A DNA stretch of 60,170 nt from Neovahlkampfia damariscottae (taxonomy: Eukaryota): positions 1 to 60,170 of the forward strand of contig JABLTG010000130.1 of the NCBI GenBank assembly GCA_016618085.1. The letters run 5' to 3'. This document shows positions 47,646 to 59,869 of this stretch, in pieces. Made by a program: the position numbers and the translations under genes. The notes under the pieces were generated by a model. That model did not search any database. It worked only from the letters and a program-made list of their open reading frames with translations, and was not told the origin of the DNA. How positions within the stretch are numbered: the first letter of the stretch is position 1; the number at the start of each line of letters is the position of its first letter.

Positions 47646-49193
47646 TTAATTCAAATTAAATTTTCTATTAACATCACCACATAAATATAATGATCCAGTG
47701 AATAAAATATTTAAATTTTTTTGTTTAAAAATCCAAAAAAGTAAATGATTCAATGATGGACTTTGAAAGTATTCAGTTTTTGGTTTTAATGATTCCATTG
47801 ACTTCATTAACTCATTCATTTTTTGAATTTCTGTTTCTGTTGGTTCGTTATTTTGGAAAAGTGATGCTTTTCCTGTTTCCAATGGACAAAATATTATCAA
47901 ATCAAATTTGTTATAAGATAATATTTTTTCTAAAAATTGTTTTGGTTCTCTTGGTAATGTATAATTAAAAACTAAAATATTTTTCCAATGTTCTTTCAAA
48001 ATCGGGAATTTAATAATGTCAAATTCTGTTTTAAATTCCATTGGTTGTTTAATGTCTCCAATTTTTGGAATTTTTTCATCAAAGAACCAATCACAACAAC
48101 ATTCTAGTGATTCATTTGTATGAGCACCATCAATATGAAATTTCAAATTATTATCTTTAAATTGAATAACTTGAGATCGTCCAATAAAATTTGTCTTTTC
48201 TAAAACTTGTAAAATATTTTTGTCAACAAAATTTCCAAAATTTTCAATTTCTTTCATTTTTCCATTATTTTCTTTTTCCAAATTAATTTTCTTTAATAAA
48301 TATTCAGACAAACACAAAGCTAATCCAACATTTAATTCTTGATGTTTTCCGCCAACTCCAAGTTTTAATTTCTCATTAAATACTGTCATATCACTTGGAG
48401 ATTTATATAAACCACATCCTACATCTTTTGAATGATCAATCAAAACTTTATAAGTTTCTTTATATTTTTGAGGTTGAACTATACAAGGCACATTTGGTTT
48501 CATTATACCTGCTTTTTCAAATGCTATTTTTTCAATTGTATCACCTAAAATTTGTTGATGTTCATAACCTAAAGAAGTTATACCACAAACAACTGGATTT
48601 TTAATGATATTAGTTGCATCAATTCTACCACCAAGTCCAACTTCAATAATAGCTACATCTACGTTTTCTTTAATGAAAATTTGAAAAGCCAATAATGTCA
48701 AAAATCTAAAATAAGTAGCCATTGAAGGAAACATTTCATCCTTTTTTTTTTTTTACTTTTTTTGTTTGTTTTACTTTTTCAACTTGATTCCAACAAGACC
48801 AAAAATTTTCAATGAACAAATTTTTTTCAACTGGAATTCCATTTATTTTGATTCTTTCTCTAACATCAATTAAATGTGGTGATGTAAAAACACCTGTTTT
48901 CAAACCGGAGTTTCTTAAAATAGTTTCACAAAAATTTGAAGTTGAACCTTTTCCTTTTGTTCCTGCTATATGAATGATATTTAAAACAGATGGCTTTTTA
49001 ATTTTAAAATGAAAATGTTTTTTGAATGAGTTACATCAATTGAAGTTAATTCTAAAAATCTGTCCATTGCTTTTAAATTTGAAATTGTTTTTTTTTCTTT
49101 ATTTTGAACATTTAAAGTATTTCCAATTAAAGAATCCAAAGCAATTAAAGTTTGTGAATAATCTTTAGAAACTTGTTTCATCACTTTCTTCAT
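47646..49193 (-). CDS. FPGS: Folylpolyglutamate synthase
   Basis: HIAGTKGKGSTS, FTSPHL..VRERI, EVGLGGRIDATN, IDGAHT, TGSLYLCG. Confidence 0.93.
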
Positions 49194-49262
49194 TGACAAA
49201 ATTTCTTCTTTTAAATTAACCAATCATTCAATTAGAACCTCCAAAACTAAAATTAAAAATTT

Positions 49263-50445
49263 TTATTCTTCTTCATTTATTTCAAGTTCTTTTAAATGAG
49301 GAATATTTGACACTGGTGTAATAGGTGATACTTCACCATCTTCTTCCAATACATCTTTTACATCTTCAGACTTGACTCTCATAAAATCACGATCATCATA
49401 ACTAACACCAATAAGTTTATCTTCTGGAATATTCAAATCCATTATACTATCAACACGTTCAAGAGTTGAATTTTCTGATTGTCTATTTCCATTTGAATAT
49501 TTTGTTGGTTCATCAGTTGCACTTTTTTCTTCTTGTTCTTTTTCTTTCATTTCTTCATGAAATTTATTTAAATATTTGATAAAATTATACAGTTTCTTGA
49601 CATATCTTTCAACGGACAAAACTTCAATAATATTATTATGACCTGCATATGAAATATGAAGTTGATCTGGATATGGATATTTGCATTTTTTGTTAAGTAA
49701 TAAAGCATGTTCAAATGGTACTATTTCATCTGATTTTCCATGAATAAGAAATACTGGACAATCAACTTTTTCAATTCTTTCTAAATTTGGAAATATATCA
49801 AATGGTATTGGTTTGTCAATTTTTAATTTCGTTTTTAAACCAGAAATAAAAGCACTTTGAAGTATAACTCCTCTGAATTTTAATTTTTTTTCAGGTTCAC
49901 AATTTGAAGCTAAATGAACAGATGCTCCAGAACCTAAAGAACAACCAAATCTTTTTTTTAATTGTAACAACTAAACTTACACAATAATATCATCTGATTT
50001 AAATCCTTTTGTGTTCATTAAATAATCAGCTGATGCTCTTATACTTTCATAAGTTCGCTTTTCTGAAGGTGGTCTTCCTTTTGGTTTTGATAATCCATAT
50101 CCTTGATAATCATAACCCATAACATTAATTTTTAAAGCTGTATTTAATAATTGAAGGTACGGCATCATTTGTCCTAAATCCGTAGCATTTCCATGAGAGT
50201 ATAAAATTACTTGTTTTGAACTGAAGTGAAAAGTTTTTAGTTTTTTTTTTTTATTACTTTTTTGCTGATAAAAATACAGCTGGAATGAGTACTTTTTCAT
50301 ATTTTTTATCTTTTGGATCATTATGTTTATCTTTACTGTGTTTACACTCTATGTAAATCAAATCTTTTGATTCCTTATAAGATGGTGGACTTGGTGGTTG
50401 GAAAGCAACTTTAGATATGACAGCTTTTTTGATTAAATCATTCAT
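49263..50445 (-). CDS. ABHD17-like alpha/beta hydrolase (depalmitoylase family)
   Basis: KVAFQPP, LYSHGNATDLGQM, YDYQGYGLS, GCSLGS, IHGKSDEIV, AGHNNI. Confidence 0.9.
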
Positions 50446-50597
50446 GATTTTTTCGTTAACTTTGTGTTACCTTTGTGGTTTTGAAAAATTAACCAATCAA
50501 TTCTTTGGAAGTTTTTTGTTTTTTTAAAATCGATTTTTTTAATTTGTTCTTTTCAAAATTGTAATTAAAAAAAATTCATCTAAGAAAAAAATAACCA

Positions 50598-51389
50598 ATG
50601 GGAAACTCAGATTCAAAACCGACAACAAAAAGTGAACAAAGTGAACAAATCGAACAAGTGAAAAAGGAAATTAAAATAAATGGAAAATCAGATTTAGTTA
50701 CACCAAAAATACCCGAACAATTCACAAAACACCTTCCAAAAGAGTTTAAAAACAAAGATTGGAATCTAATTTACTCCACAAAACAAAAAGGAAAAAATAT
50801 ACAATTATTTGACCAATGTGTCCATGGAATGGGAGCAAATATTATATTTGTAAAATCAATTTCTTCAGAACATATTTTTGGAGCATTTGTTTCACAAGGC
50901 TGGAAACAATCACCTGATTTCTATGGAGATTCATCAACTTTTTTATTTTCTTATTCAAAAGAAGAAAAATTATATGTATATAAATCTGGATCTTACAATA
51001 ACAATTTTCAATTTTTTAATTACGGTAGCAAATACAACAAGTTCAATGGAATAGGTGTAGGAGGTTTAATGAAACACTTTCAATTATCAATTGATGAAGA
51101 TTTTCATTATGGAAAAACTATGCCTGAATTAATGACATTTCCAGATTGCCCAACACTTTGTCATGTTTCATCTGCATCAGAAACTCCTTTAGAAAATGTT
51201 GAACAAAAATTTGAAATTGACACAATAGAAGTATTTTCATTTCCATTAACAAGAGAACAAATACTTGATTTAGAGTATGAAAAACAAAATAAAGATGCTA
51301 GACTTGATGGTTTTGATGAAAATATTGATGGTTTTTTATTACAAAGTGCAGGTGTAAAAAAAGATGAAGCAAGAAAATCTGCTTTTTAA
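50598..51389 (+). CDS. TLDc-domain protein with an N-myristoylation motif (MEAK7-like)
   Basis: MGNSDS start; WNLIYST, IFGAF, FYGDSSTFLF, NGIGVGG, FEIDTIEVF. Confidence 0.88.
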   Translation: MGNSDSKPTTKSEQSEQIEQVKKEIKINGKSDLVTPKIPEQFTKHLPKEFKNKDWNLIYSTKQKGKNIQLFDQCVHGMGANIIFVKSISSEHIFGAFVSQGWKQSPDFYGDSSTFLFSYSKEEKLYVYKSGSYNNNFQFFNYGSKYNKFNGIGVGGLMKHFQLSIDEDFHYGKTMPELMTFPDCPTLCHVSSASETPLENVEQKFEIDTIEVFSFPLTREQILDLEYEKQNKDARLDGFDENIDGFLLQSAGVKKDEARKSAF

Positions 51390-51397
51390 AAAGTTTT

Positions 51398-51742
51398 TTA
51401 TTTTTTTGTATTCAATGCCATTTGTAAACCTGAAGGTATTAAATTTGTTTCTTTTATTCTTTTTGGTTGTTTTCCTTGATCTGTTGGTGTTCCCATTGCA
51501 GACAAAGACCTTTTTAAATCTTTTTTTTTTTCAACTTCTAAATTATTTTCTTGATTTTTTGTGTAATATCTCAATAATAAACTTGTTTTTTCGTTTGTGA
51601 TAATTTGAGATTCGGTTGAATCTTGTGTTGGTACATATGTTTTTGTCTTGTGTGACTTTTTTAAAAGATTTAGATAATATTTTGGGTTTACAGTAATACA
51701 GTTTTCTGAGAAGTTGTTTTTATTGAAAACTGGCCACTCCAT
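51398..51742 (-). CDS. Hypothetical protein (114 aa)
   Basis: Intact ORF in a gene-dense context with an ATTGG upstream at 51781; no family recognised. Confidence 0.5.
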   Translation of the reverse strand: MEWPVFNKNNFSENCITVNPKYYLNLLKKSHKTKTYVPTQDSTESQIITNEKTSLLLRYYTKNQENNLEVEKKKDLKRSLSAMGTPTDQGKQPKRIKETNLIPSGLQMALNTKK

Positions 51743-51914
51743 CAGATGTTTTTTGAATAGAAAAAAATTTGCTGAGTGTTATTGGTCAACTGAAAACAGA
51801 CAAAATAATAATGAAGAGAAAGTGAAAGAAAAAGTTTTTATGTAAGAGTTTCTCAAAACAAAATAATCAGCAAGTTTGAAACTATTCTTTTATTCATCAA
51901 CAACTTTTAACAAG

Positions 51915-52286
51915 TTAATTATAATTCAAAGAATAATAATTTTGAAGAACTTTACTACATGCTTTTAAATCAAAAACTATGTTTGGTAGGAGACCCATAT
52001 CACTTTTCAAAACTCGGATTTCCGAATCCAGATGCAAGTAGAAAATTATAAGTGAAAGAGCATCAATTACATCTCTCAAGGTTGATTCATCCATTTGATT
52101 CACAAAATGATCATCAAGTTCATCATTAGATACAATTTTTTCCAAAGCAATTTGTCCTTTTTTAATGTTGTCTACATCTTGGTCTTTTGTTGGAGATTTT
52201 GATTCTTTAATGAATTCAGAAAAAAATATTAGGAATGACTTTAGTTCTTCAAGATTGACTTCAAGTTCTTCTGGTTTATTGATCAT
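51915..52286 (-). CDS. Hypothetical helical protein (123 aa)
   Basis: Intact ORF with a CCAAT about 14 nt upstream; no family recognised. Confidence 0.55.
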   Translation of the reverse strand: MINKPEELEVNLEELKSFLIFFSEFIKESKSPTKDQDVDNIKKGQIALEKIVSNDELDDHFVNQMDESTLRDVIDALSLIIFYLHLDSEIRVLKSDMGLLPNIVFDLKACSKVLQNYYSLNYN

Positions 52287-52968
52287 ATTTTTAAATCAAC
52301 CAATTGAATATTTTTTCATTAAGACTCTTGGACAATTAATTTTGATCAGTAATCAGTTTCAACCAAAATATTTAAACAACGTGTTTAAATAACTTTGTTT
52401 AAATGCGTTGAATAAGAAGATAAAAATAGAAGCCAATCATTCTATTCAAATCATTGAGTAGAACGATACTTGTAAAGTGGTGTATTCAACAAATTTTGGA
52501 AGTAATTTCAAGGTAATCATAAATTTATTCTTTTTTTTGTTTTTTTTTTGGGTTTTCAATCTCTTCATCATCTGATTGAAAATCATATTTGTCCAATGTT
52601 GTTGGGCTTTGACAATCCTTCATTGGTATTTGTTAATTGGACATTTTAGAAGAGAAATTAATTCATAAAGTTGAAAACTAGACTCCTTCGGTTGAAACAC
52701 CACTCTTCAATTTGAAATAACCTTTTTTCTGGTAAAGACACCTAATTCACTTAACAACCAGGTCCACTTTTTTTAAAATCCAAGGATTTGATTGGATTAC
52801 GGAAAAATTAAAAAAAAAAATTGACTGAATTTGAAGGTTTCTTGCATATTTAAACAAAAAAATCATTTTTTGAAAACCCTGACTTGTTGTTAAGTGGTCT
52901 TATTAAATTCACCAATCATTTCAGTTTCATACTTCAAAAATAAATTGAAAAAAGAAGTGTTGTTGAAA

Positions 52969-53692
52969 ATGGATGAAATATCGTTTGAAGAAAGAATAAA
53001 AATATCAAAAAATGGATTTGAAAAAAAGAAATTAATCATAAATCCTGAAAGAAAAAAAATAGATGAAGATGCGTAAAATAAAAAAAACAACTTAAAAAAA
53101 CCAAACTTTTAGACCTGTTGAAATTTCTTCTAAAGTATTTGTACCACTTGCTCAAAATATAAAATTAGTGAAAAAATTAAAAAAAAAACAACAAACAGGA
53201 CCATTAGATCCTAGATTTTCAAAACATGCTACAGAGGATATTCATGGTGCTTATGAAACACCATACGGTTTTATAAATGATTTAAGAAAAAATGAATTAG
53301 AAAAATTATATGCAAAGAGAAGAAGTAAAAATATAACTGATGAAGAATATGAACAAGTTCAAAAAGAAATATCTAAAGTTGTAAGTTGAATTTATATTTT
53401 TTTAAAAAAATGATTTAAAAAGACAAATCAATTGAATATTAGTGGTAGAAAGAAGAAATTAGATGAAGCGAAAGAAATTTATAAAAAAAGACAATTAGAA
53501 AATGCAGAAAAAGGAATAAAACCATCTTTTCCAAATTCAAAACAATTAAAAACAATCATTAAAGAAAAAGATATGGAAGAGTTATCAAAGAATAAAAAGA
53601 AATTACAAAAAGTTTTAAAACGAAAAAAAACAAAAGAACATACAAAAGAAAATTCAAAAAAAATGCCTTTCAGAAGAATTAAAAAAGATTAA
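52969..53692 (+). CDS. RRP36: rRNA biogenesis protein RRP36
   Basis: ISFEERIK, A|PVEISSK, DPRFS, YGFINDLRKNE, EKGIKPSF; Lys-rich tail; 2 introns. Confidence 0.82.
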
Positions 53693-53698
53693 AGTTTT

Positions 53699-55356
53699 TT
53701 ATTTTTTTAAACCAAAAATTGATTTGAAATTATTAATAGCTTCTTTTTGACCAACAAAATAAATATGTAATCCTATTGAGTAAATAATGATTGGTAGAAA
53801 TAATAACAAATCAAACCAAATTGATTTTACTCTAAAAATTTGAAGTTCAACTTTCCCGTTTGAATAAAATTTATAATTTGTTGTTAATTCAAATTTTTGT
53901 TCTTTGACTTCATTCGTAAACATTGATAATGTCTTTTTTTTTTTTTAATCTTTTTTTTTATTCTTACTTTTTTCATTCCCTTTAAAATTGGTGATTCTGA
54001 AGTTAAACTTGGTGAAAATCTTGGATACATTTTTAATGTATTGATCCAACTATTCAAATGATTTGAACTAATATCAGTTGCACTGAAGTTTTAAATGAGA
54101 AATTGAACTTACCCTTTAAAAATTGAAATATTTGTATTTTTTGAAAAGTAGATATATTTAGCGAATGATTCTGCAATAAAACGTATATTTCTTTCAAGTA
54201 ATTTAATATCATATCTTAATCAAAAATGTTTTAGACAATTTGTTTTTTTTTTACTCTCCTTCAAAAGTTGGTGTTTTTGAAAATTTAAATTTAGGTGATT
54301 CAAAATGAGATAATGTTGCAGATTCTAATTTTTTGAATGATAAAATTTCATGTTCCCAATTGATTTCATTTGAACCTGGATTAATTTTTTTAAAAACAAC
54401 TTGAAAAGGTATTTCTAATTCAGCTGCTGTTTTTTGAAAAATTTGATATAATTTAACAATTTCTTTGTTTTCAGTTTTTTTTGAAATATGTAAGAATAAT
54501 TTTCTACCAATTAAACCTTCAAGACAAAGTGAGAATTCAATTGAATCTAAAAGTGCAATTGGTACTTTCTTTAACCAATGTTTAGCTCCTTGATAATTAA
54601 ATCTTCCACCTGATGTTAAAACAAATACAAAATTATATTTTCCTTTTGTATTTTGATTTTTATATAAATTTGAAAATAATCTTGAAAGTTCGAAAAGAGC
54701 AATCATACCACTTCCATTCATATCTAAACCACTTGATAATTCCTATTAATAAAATTATTTATGTTCTTTTTTTTTTTTACTGGTATCATTGAGAGAGTAT
54801 CATAATTAGCCATAATTGCGATGGTAGGTGCTTTTTTATGATCATTTGCTTTTAAAGTTCCTTGTAAATTATATAATGAAATAGGTGTTATAACAGTTGC
54901 TTCTTTAGAATTTACTACCAATTGTAAATCTTCTTGTGATTCATTGATGTCTTTTAACAAATTTTTTAAATTTTCTTCTTTGCAAAAGTAAACACTTTTT
55001 TGAAATGTTTGTTTGATTAATTTTTTTTCTAAAGTTTCAAATTCTTTTAATTGTTTTTTTGTGAATGACTTTGGAAGTTTAACAATTAAAGAAACAACAT
55101 CTGTTCTTTCTAATGTTTCTGACCATAATTTTGGATTAAAAACAGAGTCAAAATCTGTTAAAACTACATATCTTGTGAAACTTGCAACAGGTCCAAAATC
55201 TAAAGTTTCATTGGTAACTGTTTTTGCAGGTGCGGAAAAATAAGTTGTTCTGCTTCCGAATTGTTTCAATTGATTGTCATATTGTATGAATCTATGGAGG
55301 TCAATACATGATATGAAGGTAATTGAAAGGAATAAAAGTAAAATTGTGAGTTTCAT
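53699..55356 (-). CDS. NCLN: Nicalin (M28-like fold, single C-terminal TM)
   Basis: Signal peptide, RFIQYD...FGSR, PTIAIMANYD, NGSGMIALFELSRLFS, TSGGRFNYQG, WEHE, ATLSH, FDLLL TM. Confidence 0.92.
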
Positions 55357-55537
55357 TTTAATCTTCTAACAAAAAAAAAATAAACCAATAGAACGAGCTT
55401 ATTTTTTCGATTTTATTTTTTCGAAGATTATACTTTTGTTGTGAAAAAAAATAGAAATTTCGAAGTTGACTCAATTTGATAAATTCTTTCGACTTTGATT
55501 GGTTACCAATTTAATTCTGATTGGACAAAAAACAACA

Positions 55538-56380
55538 ATGAGAACAGTGTTGAAAATTTTGTTGTTTGCTGTATTATTATTTTCAGTCATTGCCGCACCT
55601 CTACCACAAGCAGACGCACCTGCAGACCCTATATCAAATGTTGGTGCAAGACCAAGAAGATTGACAAGAACTCGTCAAGTTTGGATCAAAAAATACACCA
55701 AATTTGAGTGTCAACATGTATGCAGAGTGGATGGAAAAAAAACAAGGAGACTCATTGTTGTTGAATCTGATAAACTTCAAATGGGTAATAGATTTGTCAA
55801 AAACCTTGTTTCCAAAGTTTGTCCTTCCAGAAATTCAAGAAATTGCTCTTGTCAAGCAATCTATGACATAGCTGCTTCTAGAACAAAAAAAAACATTCAA
55901 TGGATTTTAACTTGGTTAAATAATGCTTGTGCTACATCAACAACAAGAACATCAATTCCAACAAGAGGCCCAACTAAGACACCTGTTTCATCACCAAATA
56001 AGAGACCTGTCAAAAGAATCCCAACAAAAAGATGGTTCACAAAAATTTTGAAGAAAATGCGTGCATTTAGCTCTTTCAAAAAATCAGGAAGAAGAACACT
56101 CTCTTTTGAAAACTCACTCAGTTTTCGAAAACGTAGACGTTTCATGAGAAAACATCTCAGAAGAAAATTCAGATTTCTTCATGGACGTAAAGGACGTAAA
56201 ACATCACACAAAAGACACCATAAAAGACACCACAGAAAACATAGAAGACAATTCCATAAATCATCAAAAGCTGTTAAATTACCACCAAGACATAGATACA
56301 ACACTCTTGAACTTGCTGAATTACCACAAAATGTACTCTCAGTTGAAACATTTGGTGCTGATCAAGAATTTGGATTTTAA
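55538..56380 (+). CDS. Secreted protein with a 6-Cys domain and a highly cationic His/Arg/Lys-rich region
   Basis: Signal peptide MRTVLKILLFAVLLFSVIAAP; CQHVC..C..CSC..C; KRHHKRHHRKHRR; intronless. Confidence 0.75.
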   Translation: MRTVLKILLFAVLLFSVIAAPLPQADAPADPISNVGARPRRLTRTRQVWIKKYTKFECQHVCRVDGKKTRRLIVVESDKLQMGNRFVKNLVSKVCPSRNSRNCSCQAIYDIAASRTKKNIQWILTWLNNACATSTTRTSIPTRGPTKTPVSSPNKRPVKRIPTKRWFTKILKKMRAFSSFKKSGRRTLSFENSLSFRKRRRFMRKHLRRKFRFLHGRKGRKTSHKRHHKRHHRKHRRQFHKSSKAVKLPPRHRYNTLELAELPQNVLSVETFGADQEFGF

Positions 56381-56454
56381 ATAAATTTAAATAAAAAATG
56401 AAATCGTTTTTCAAATAATTTAATTTTTTATTCCTCCAATAACCTCGCTCAAAA

Positions 56455-58549
56455 ATGTGGACCAAACTTAGACAACAAGGTTTAATTTAAATTTAAATTT
56501 AATCTCCAGGTAATATTCCAGAACCAACGGTCAATAGTAGTACTTGTTTGTATAAAGACAAAATACTCCTTTTTGGAGGTCAAATAAACAAAGAAATACT
56601 TTGTAATGACACATTCAGTTATAATTTATCAAATTCAACATGGCAATTATTATTATGTACAGGTGAGATACCAACAAAAAGAATATCTCATACAGCTGTA
56701 ATTTATTCAGATTACATGATCATCTTTGGAGGTTTGAAAGAAAAAAAAAATTCAAAATATTTTACAAAGGATATCATGAATCTCAAATGCGTTATTGTAG
56801 TTGTAATGCGTTAAATATCTTAAATTTAAGAACTTTAAAATGGTTTCAAACCGAAACAACAGGTCCAGTTCCTTGTGAACGTCAATGTCACAGTTCAATT
56901 GTTTTTCAAGGTGATATGTATATATTTGGTGGATATGCAGGTAATTCAGATGTAGTTTTGAATGATATGTATAAATTAAACTTAGATAATATGGTATGGA
57001 GTAAAATTGAATATTTTGGTCATTTCATTCCATCACCAAGATATTTCCATGTTGCAACATTATACTCTGGAAAAATGGTAATTATTTAAACTTTAAATTT
57101 TCAAAAGTATATTCATGGAGGAAGAGAAAAAAATAATCATTTGAATGACTTTTATTCATTTGATTTTGAAAAAAAAAGATGGAATCCAATTATAACTACA
57201 ATAACACCTTCTAAAAGAGCAGCTCATTCAGGATTTGTTTATAATGATTCTTTGTTTATATTTGGTGGTTATGGATCAGGTTATTGCAAAGATTTATTTT
57301 TCAATTATGATTTTGAAACAAATAGATGGAAAGAAATCGAATTAAAAGGTATTGAAAAATCATGTAGTCAATGGATAGTATCAGATGAAGATTCTGTATA
57401 TTTAGGATTTGGAATAGCAGCGGGTGGAATTTATTTAGATGAAATTTATAAATTTGAATTTGAACAACATAGTGAACCACTACAAAATGTATTGAGACAT
57501 GAATATAATATTGATTTTTCAATTCAAACTAATGGTAAAATATATAAATGTCATAAATCAATATTATCACAAAATGATATTTTTGAAAAATTGATCAATT
57601 CTACTATTGATGATGTTTTGATTTTCAAAGATATTTCTTATGAAGTTATGGATGTCATTTTGAATTATTTATATTCATTTTCAGAAAAGATTACAGTTGA
57701 CAAAGGAATTGTTGTTGATGTTATATTAAAAGCAAAAGAGTTTAATTTGATTAATTTGGAAAAGATTTGTCTATTACATTTGAAGAATAATTTGAATGTT
57801 GATTCATTTACACAAACACTTCTAAAAGGTCATTTTTCCAATCATCAAACTATAAAAGTGATGTGTTTCAATTATTTTCATGAACATAGATCTGAAATTT
57901 CTTTAAGATCTGATTTCAAAGAATTACTTTTGAAAGAACAAGATTTAATTTTTCAATTGTTAACTGTTAATGGAATTACTTCGATTATTTATTCAATAAT
58001 TTCTGATAATAGAATTAATTCACATTTAAAAAAACTTTATTCAACAAAAAAGTATCATGATGTTGTTTTAGTTTCATCTGATTTTGTTAAAATCAAATCA
58101 CATAAAGGTATAGTTTTTTATTGGTTTAATAAAATATAGTAATTTTGACTGCATTTTCAGAATATTTTTCGATAATGTTCACAGGGAATTTTAAAGAATC
58201 AAGTGACATTGAAATTGAGATGGATATAAAATATAAAACTTTGGAGTTAGTTTTACAATTCATTTATAATATTCCTGTTGCATTAACTAATGATTTTCAA
58301 GAATTAGAAGAAATATTTTGTGCATCTGATATGCTTCAATTGAAGAAATTACATTCACAAACAATATCAAAAATGGTTGAATTGCTAAATTCACAAAATT
58401 CAAAACAATTTTTGAAATTTTGTGTCGAAAATCGAGTTGGAGGAAAATTAAGAAATTTAGTTTTAGAGTATGTATCCAAAGAAGACTTGATGGATTTAAT
58501 CGAACAAAATTATGATCTATCAAAGAACTTGTTTAAATTTAACGAATAA
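56455..58549 (+). CDS. Kelch-repeat + tandem BTB protein (LZTR1-like architecture)
   Basis: Repeated P..R..H...MYIFGG kelch units, followed by two BTB domains (CHKSILS; SHK|VILTAFSEYF..MFTGNFKES). Confidence 0.88.
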
Positions 58550-58595
58550 GATATTATATGGATTGGATGAGTTCATTTTGTTGCTATTAACTTTC

Positions 58596-58714
58596 GCTTA
58601 CGGCCATACTTAGGAGAATACACCGCATCCCGTCCGATTTGCGAAGTTAAGCTCCTACAGGCTCTCCTAGTACTAGGGTGGGAGACCACCTGGGAACCGG
58701 GAGTGTTGTAAGCT
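58596..58714 (+). rRNA. 5S rRNA, copy 1
   Basis: GCTTACGGCCATAC...CCCGTCCGAT..CGAAGTTAAGC...TAGTACTAGGGTGGGAGACCACCTGGGAA...GTTGTAAGC with self-pairing ends and a T-run terminator. Confidence 0.97.
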
Positions 58715-58929
58715 TTTTGGTATTTTTACTCCTGGCACTTTGGTTTTGAGTTTCCACAGATTCAATTCCTGGTAATTCTAAAAAGTTTTCCCAAGAGTAA
58801 ATAATATTCAATATTGAATTCTGTTACTTTTCAAATCTAACCGTTTCTAACTTTTTTTGTCATTGTGATTTAGAAAACCCTTTTATCACTTTAGACAGTT
58901 CAAAAATGTTCATTGAGTTCGTATATATA

Positions 58930-59700
58930 GATTTTAAAGAGTTAGGAAATGATTATTATTTGGATTGAATCTTGTGGAAACTGTCGGCATTGGCTGCAAA
59001 GATTTCAAAATTGAATTGAAAAAAATTCGGATATGTTCAAACCACATCCAAATCTGAAACTTGGTTGATCTCAATTCATTAATCAAAAACTATTAGATAA
59101 ACTGAAATCGACATTGGAACTTTTACCATTTTTTTTCCAATGTATTTAGATTTTGATTTGACTTTTGACAGAAATTTAAAAGTTATTGAGAATTGTGTTC
59201 TCAAAATTATGATTGTTTTCCACAAAAAAATGGGTTTAGAAATCATGAAATTGAAAAATGGAAAATTCCAGATGAATCTCCTCGATGAAACTTTGTTATT
59301 GAAGCCTTTGGGCATTTTTCAGGAATAAAAGAACTGGGATATTTGAATGTATTGAACAAAAAAAACTGAAATCTTATAAAAACTGTTGGTCATCTGCGAA
59401 ATACTCCACATTGTGATGAAGAAGAGTTTAATTTCGTCAATAGAAAAGCAGTTATTAATTTTGATTTAAATTTTACTAGCCTCATTGAAAGATCAGAAAA
59501 TTGGGAGTATACTGTCAAAATGATCATAGCAATGAACAAAAGAGACTGATCTCAACTATTGATCCGTCAAAGGATAATGCTATAAGGTTATTTGAGAATT
59601 CAATTTTGCGCAATTGAATGCGATTTAGAATTTCAATTTCGATGAGGATCTGTTGATATCAATTATCACACCAAAAACTACAGACAAATTTCAAAAACCA
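58930..59700 (+). pseudogene. Possible decayed coding sequence between the 5S copies
   Basis: Protein-like stretches broken by stops and shifts (e.g. ...WKIPDESPR*NFVIEAFGHF..., IKTVGHLRNTPHCDEEEF...); family not recognised. Confidence 0.25.
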
Positions 59701-59750
59701 TGTGATTGTTTTTGTTTCTGGATCACTTTGTGTTATTGATTTTTACTGTT

Positions 59751-59869
59751 GCTTACGGCCATACTTAGGAGAATACACCGCATCCCGTCCGATTTGCGAA
59801 GTTAAGCTCCTACAGGCTCTCCTAGTACTAGGGTGGGAGACCACCTGGGAACCGGGAGTGTTGTAAGCT
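59751..59869 (+). rRNA. 5S rRNA, copy 2 (identical to copy 1)
   Basis: Same 119-nt sequence as 58596-58714, followed by a T-run. Confidence 0.97.

Noticed and set aside
47106..49193. Cytidine deaminase and FPGS as a nucleotide/folate cluster
   Set aside because: Convergent housekeeping genes with no consecutive pathway step; adjacency is expected by chance at this gene density.
52490..52770. Spacer with a U5-loop-like GTCTTTAC, an Sm-like AATTTTGG and a homeodomain-like QIEEWCFNRR on the minus strand
   Set aside because: The matches are short, lie on different strands, and lack a supporting stem or start codon; not enough to call an snRNA or gene.
2038..58549. Apparent frameshifts or stop read-through between consecutive ORFs (alternative genetic code?)
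   Set aside because: In the cases checked, short GT-AG introns restore conserved motifs under the standard code; only the A9 site at 30788 needed an indel.
1180..58549. Cullin plus two BTB proteins as a ubiquitin-ligase cluster
   Set aside because: They are far apart, BTB genes are abundant in protists, and the cullin looks CUL1-like rather than CUL3.
536..59328. Many short ORFs in the supplied track (e.g. 3176-3388, 7949-8188, 13561-13830, 26520-26762, 34069-34341, 55897-56145)
   Set aside because: They are antisense or alternate-frame shadows of real genes in low-complexity AT-rich sequence.
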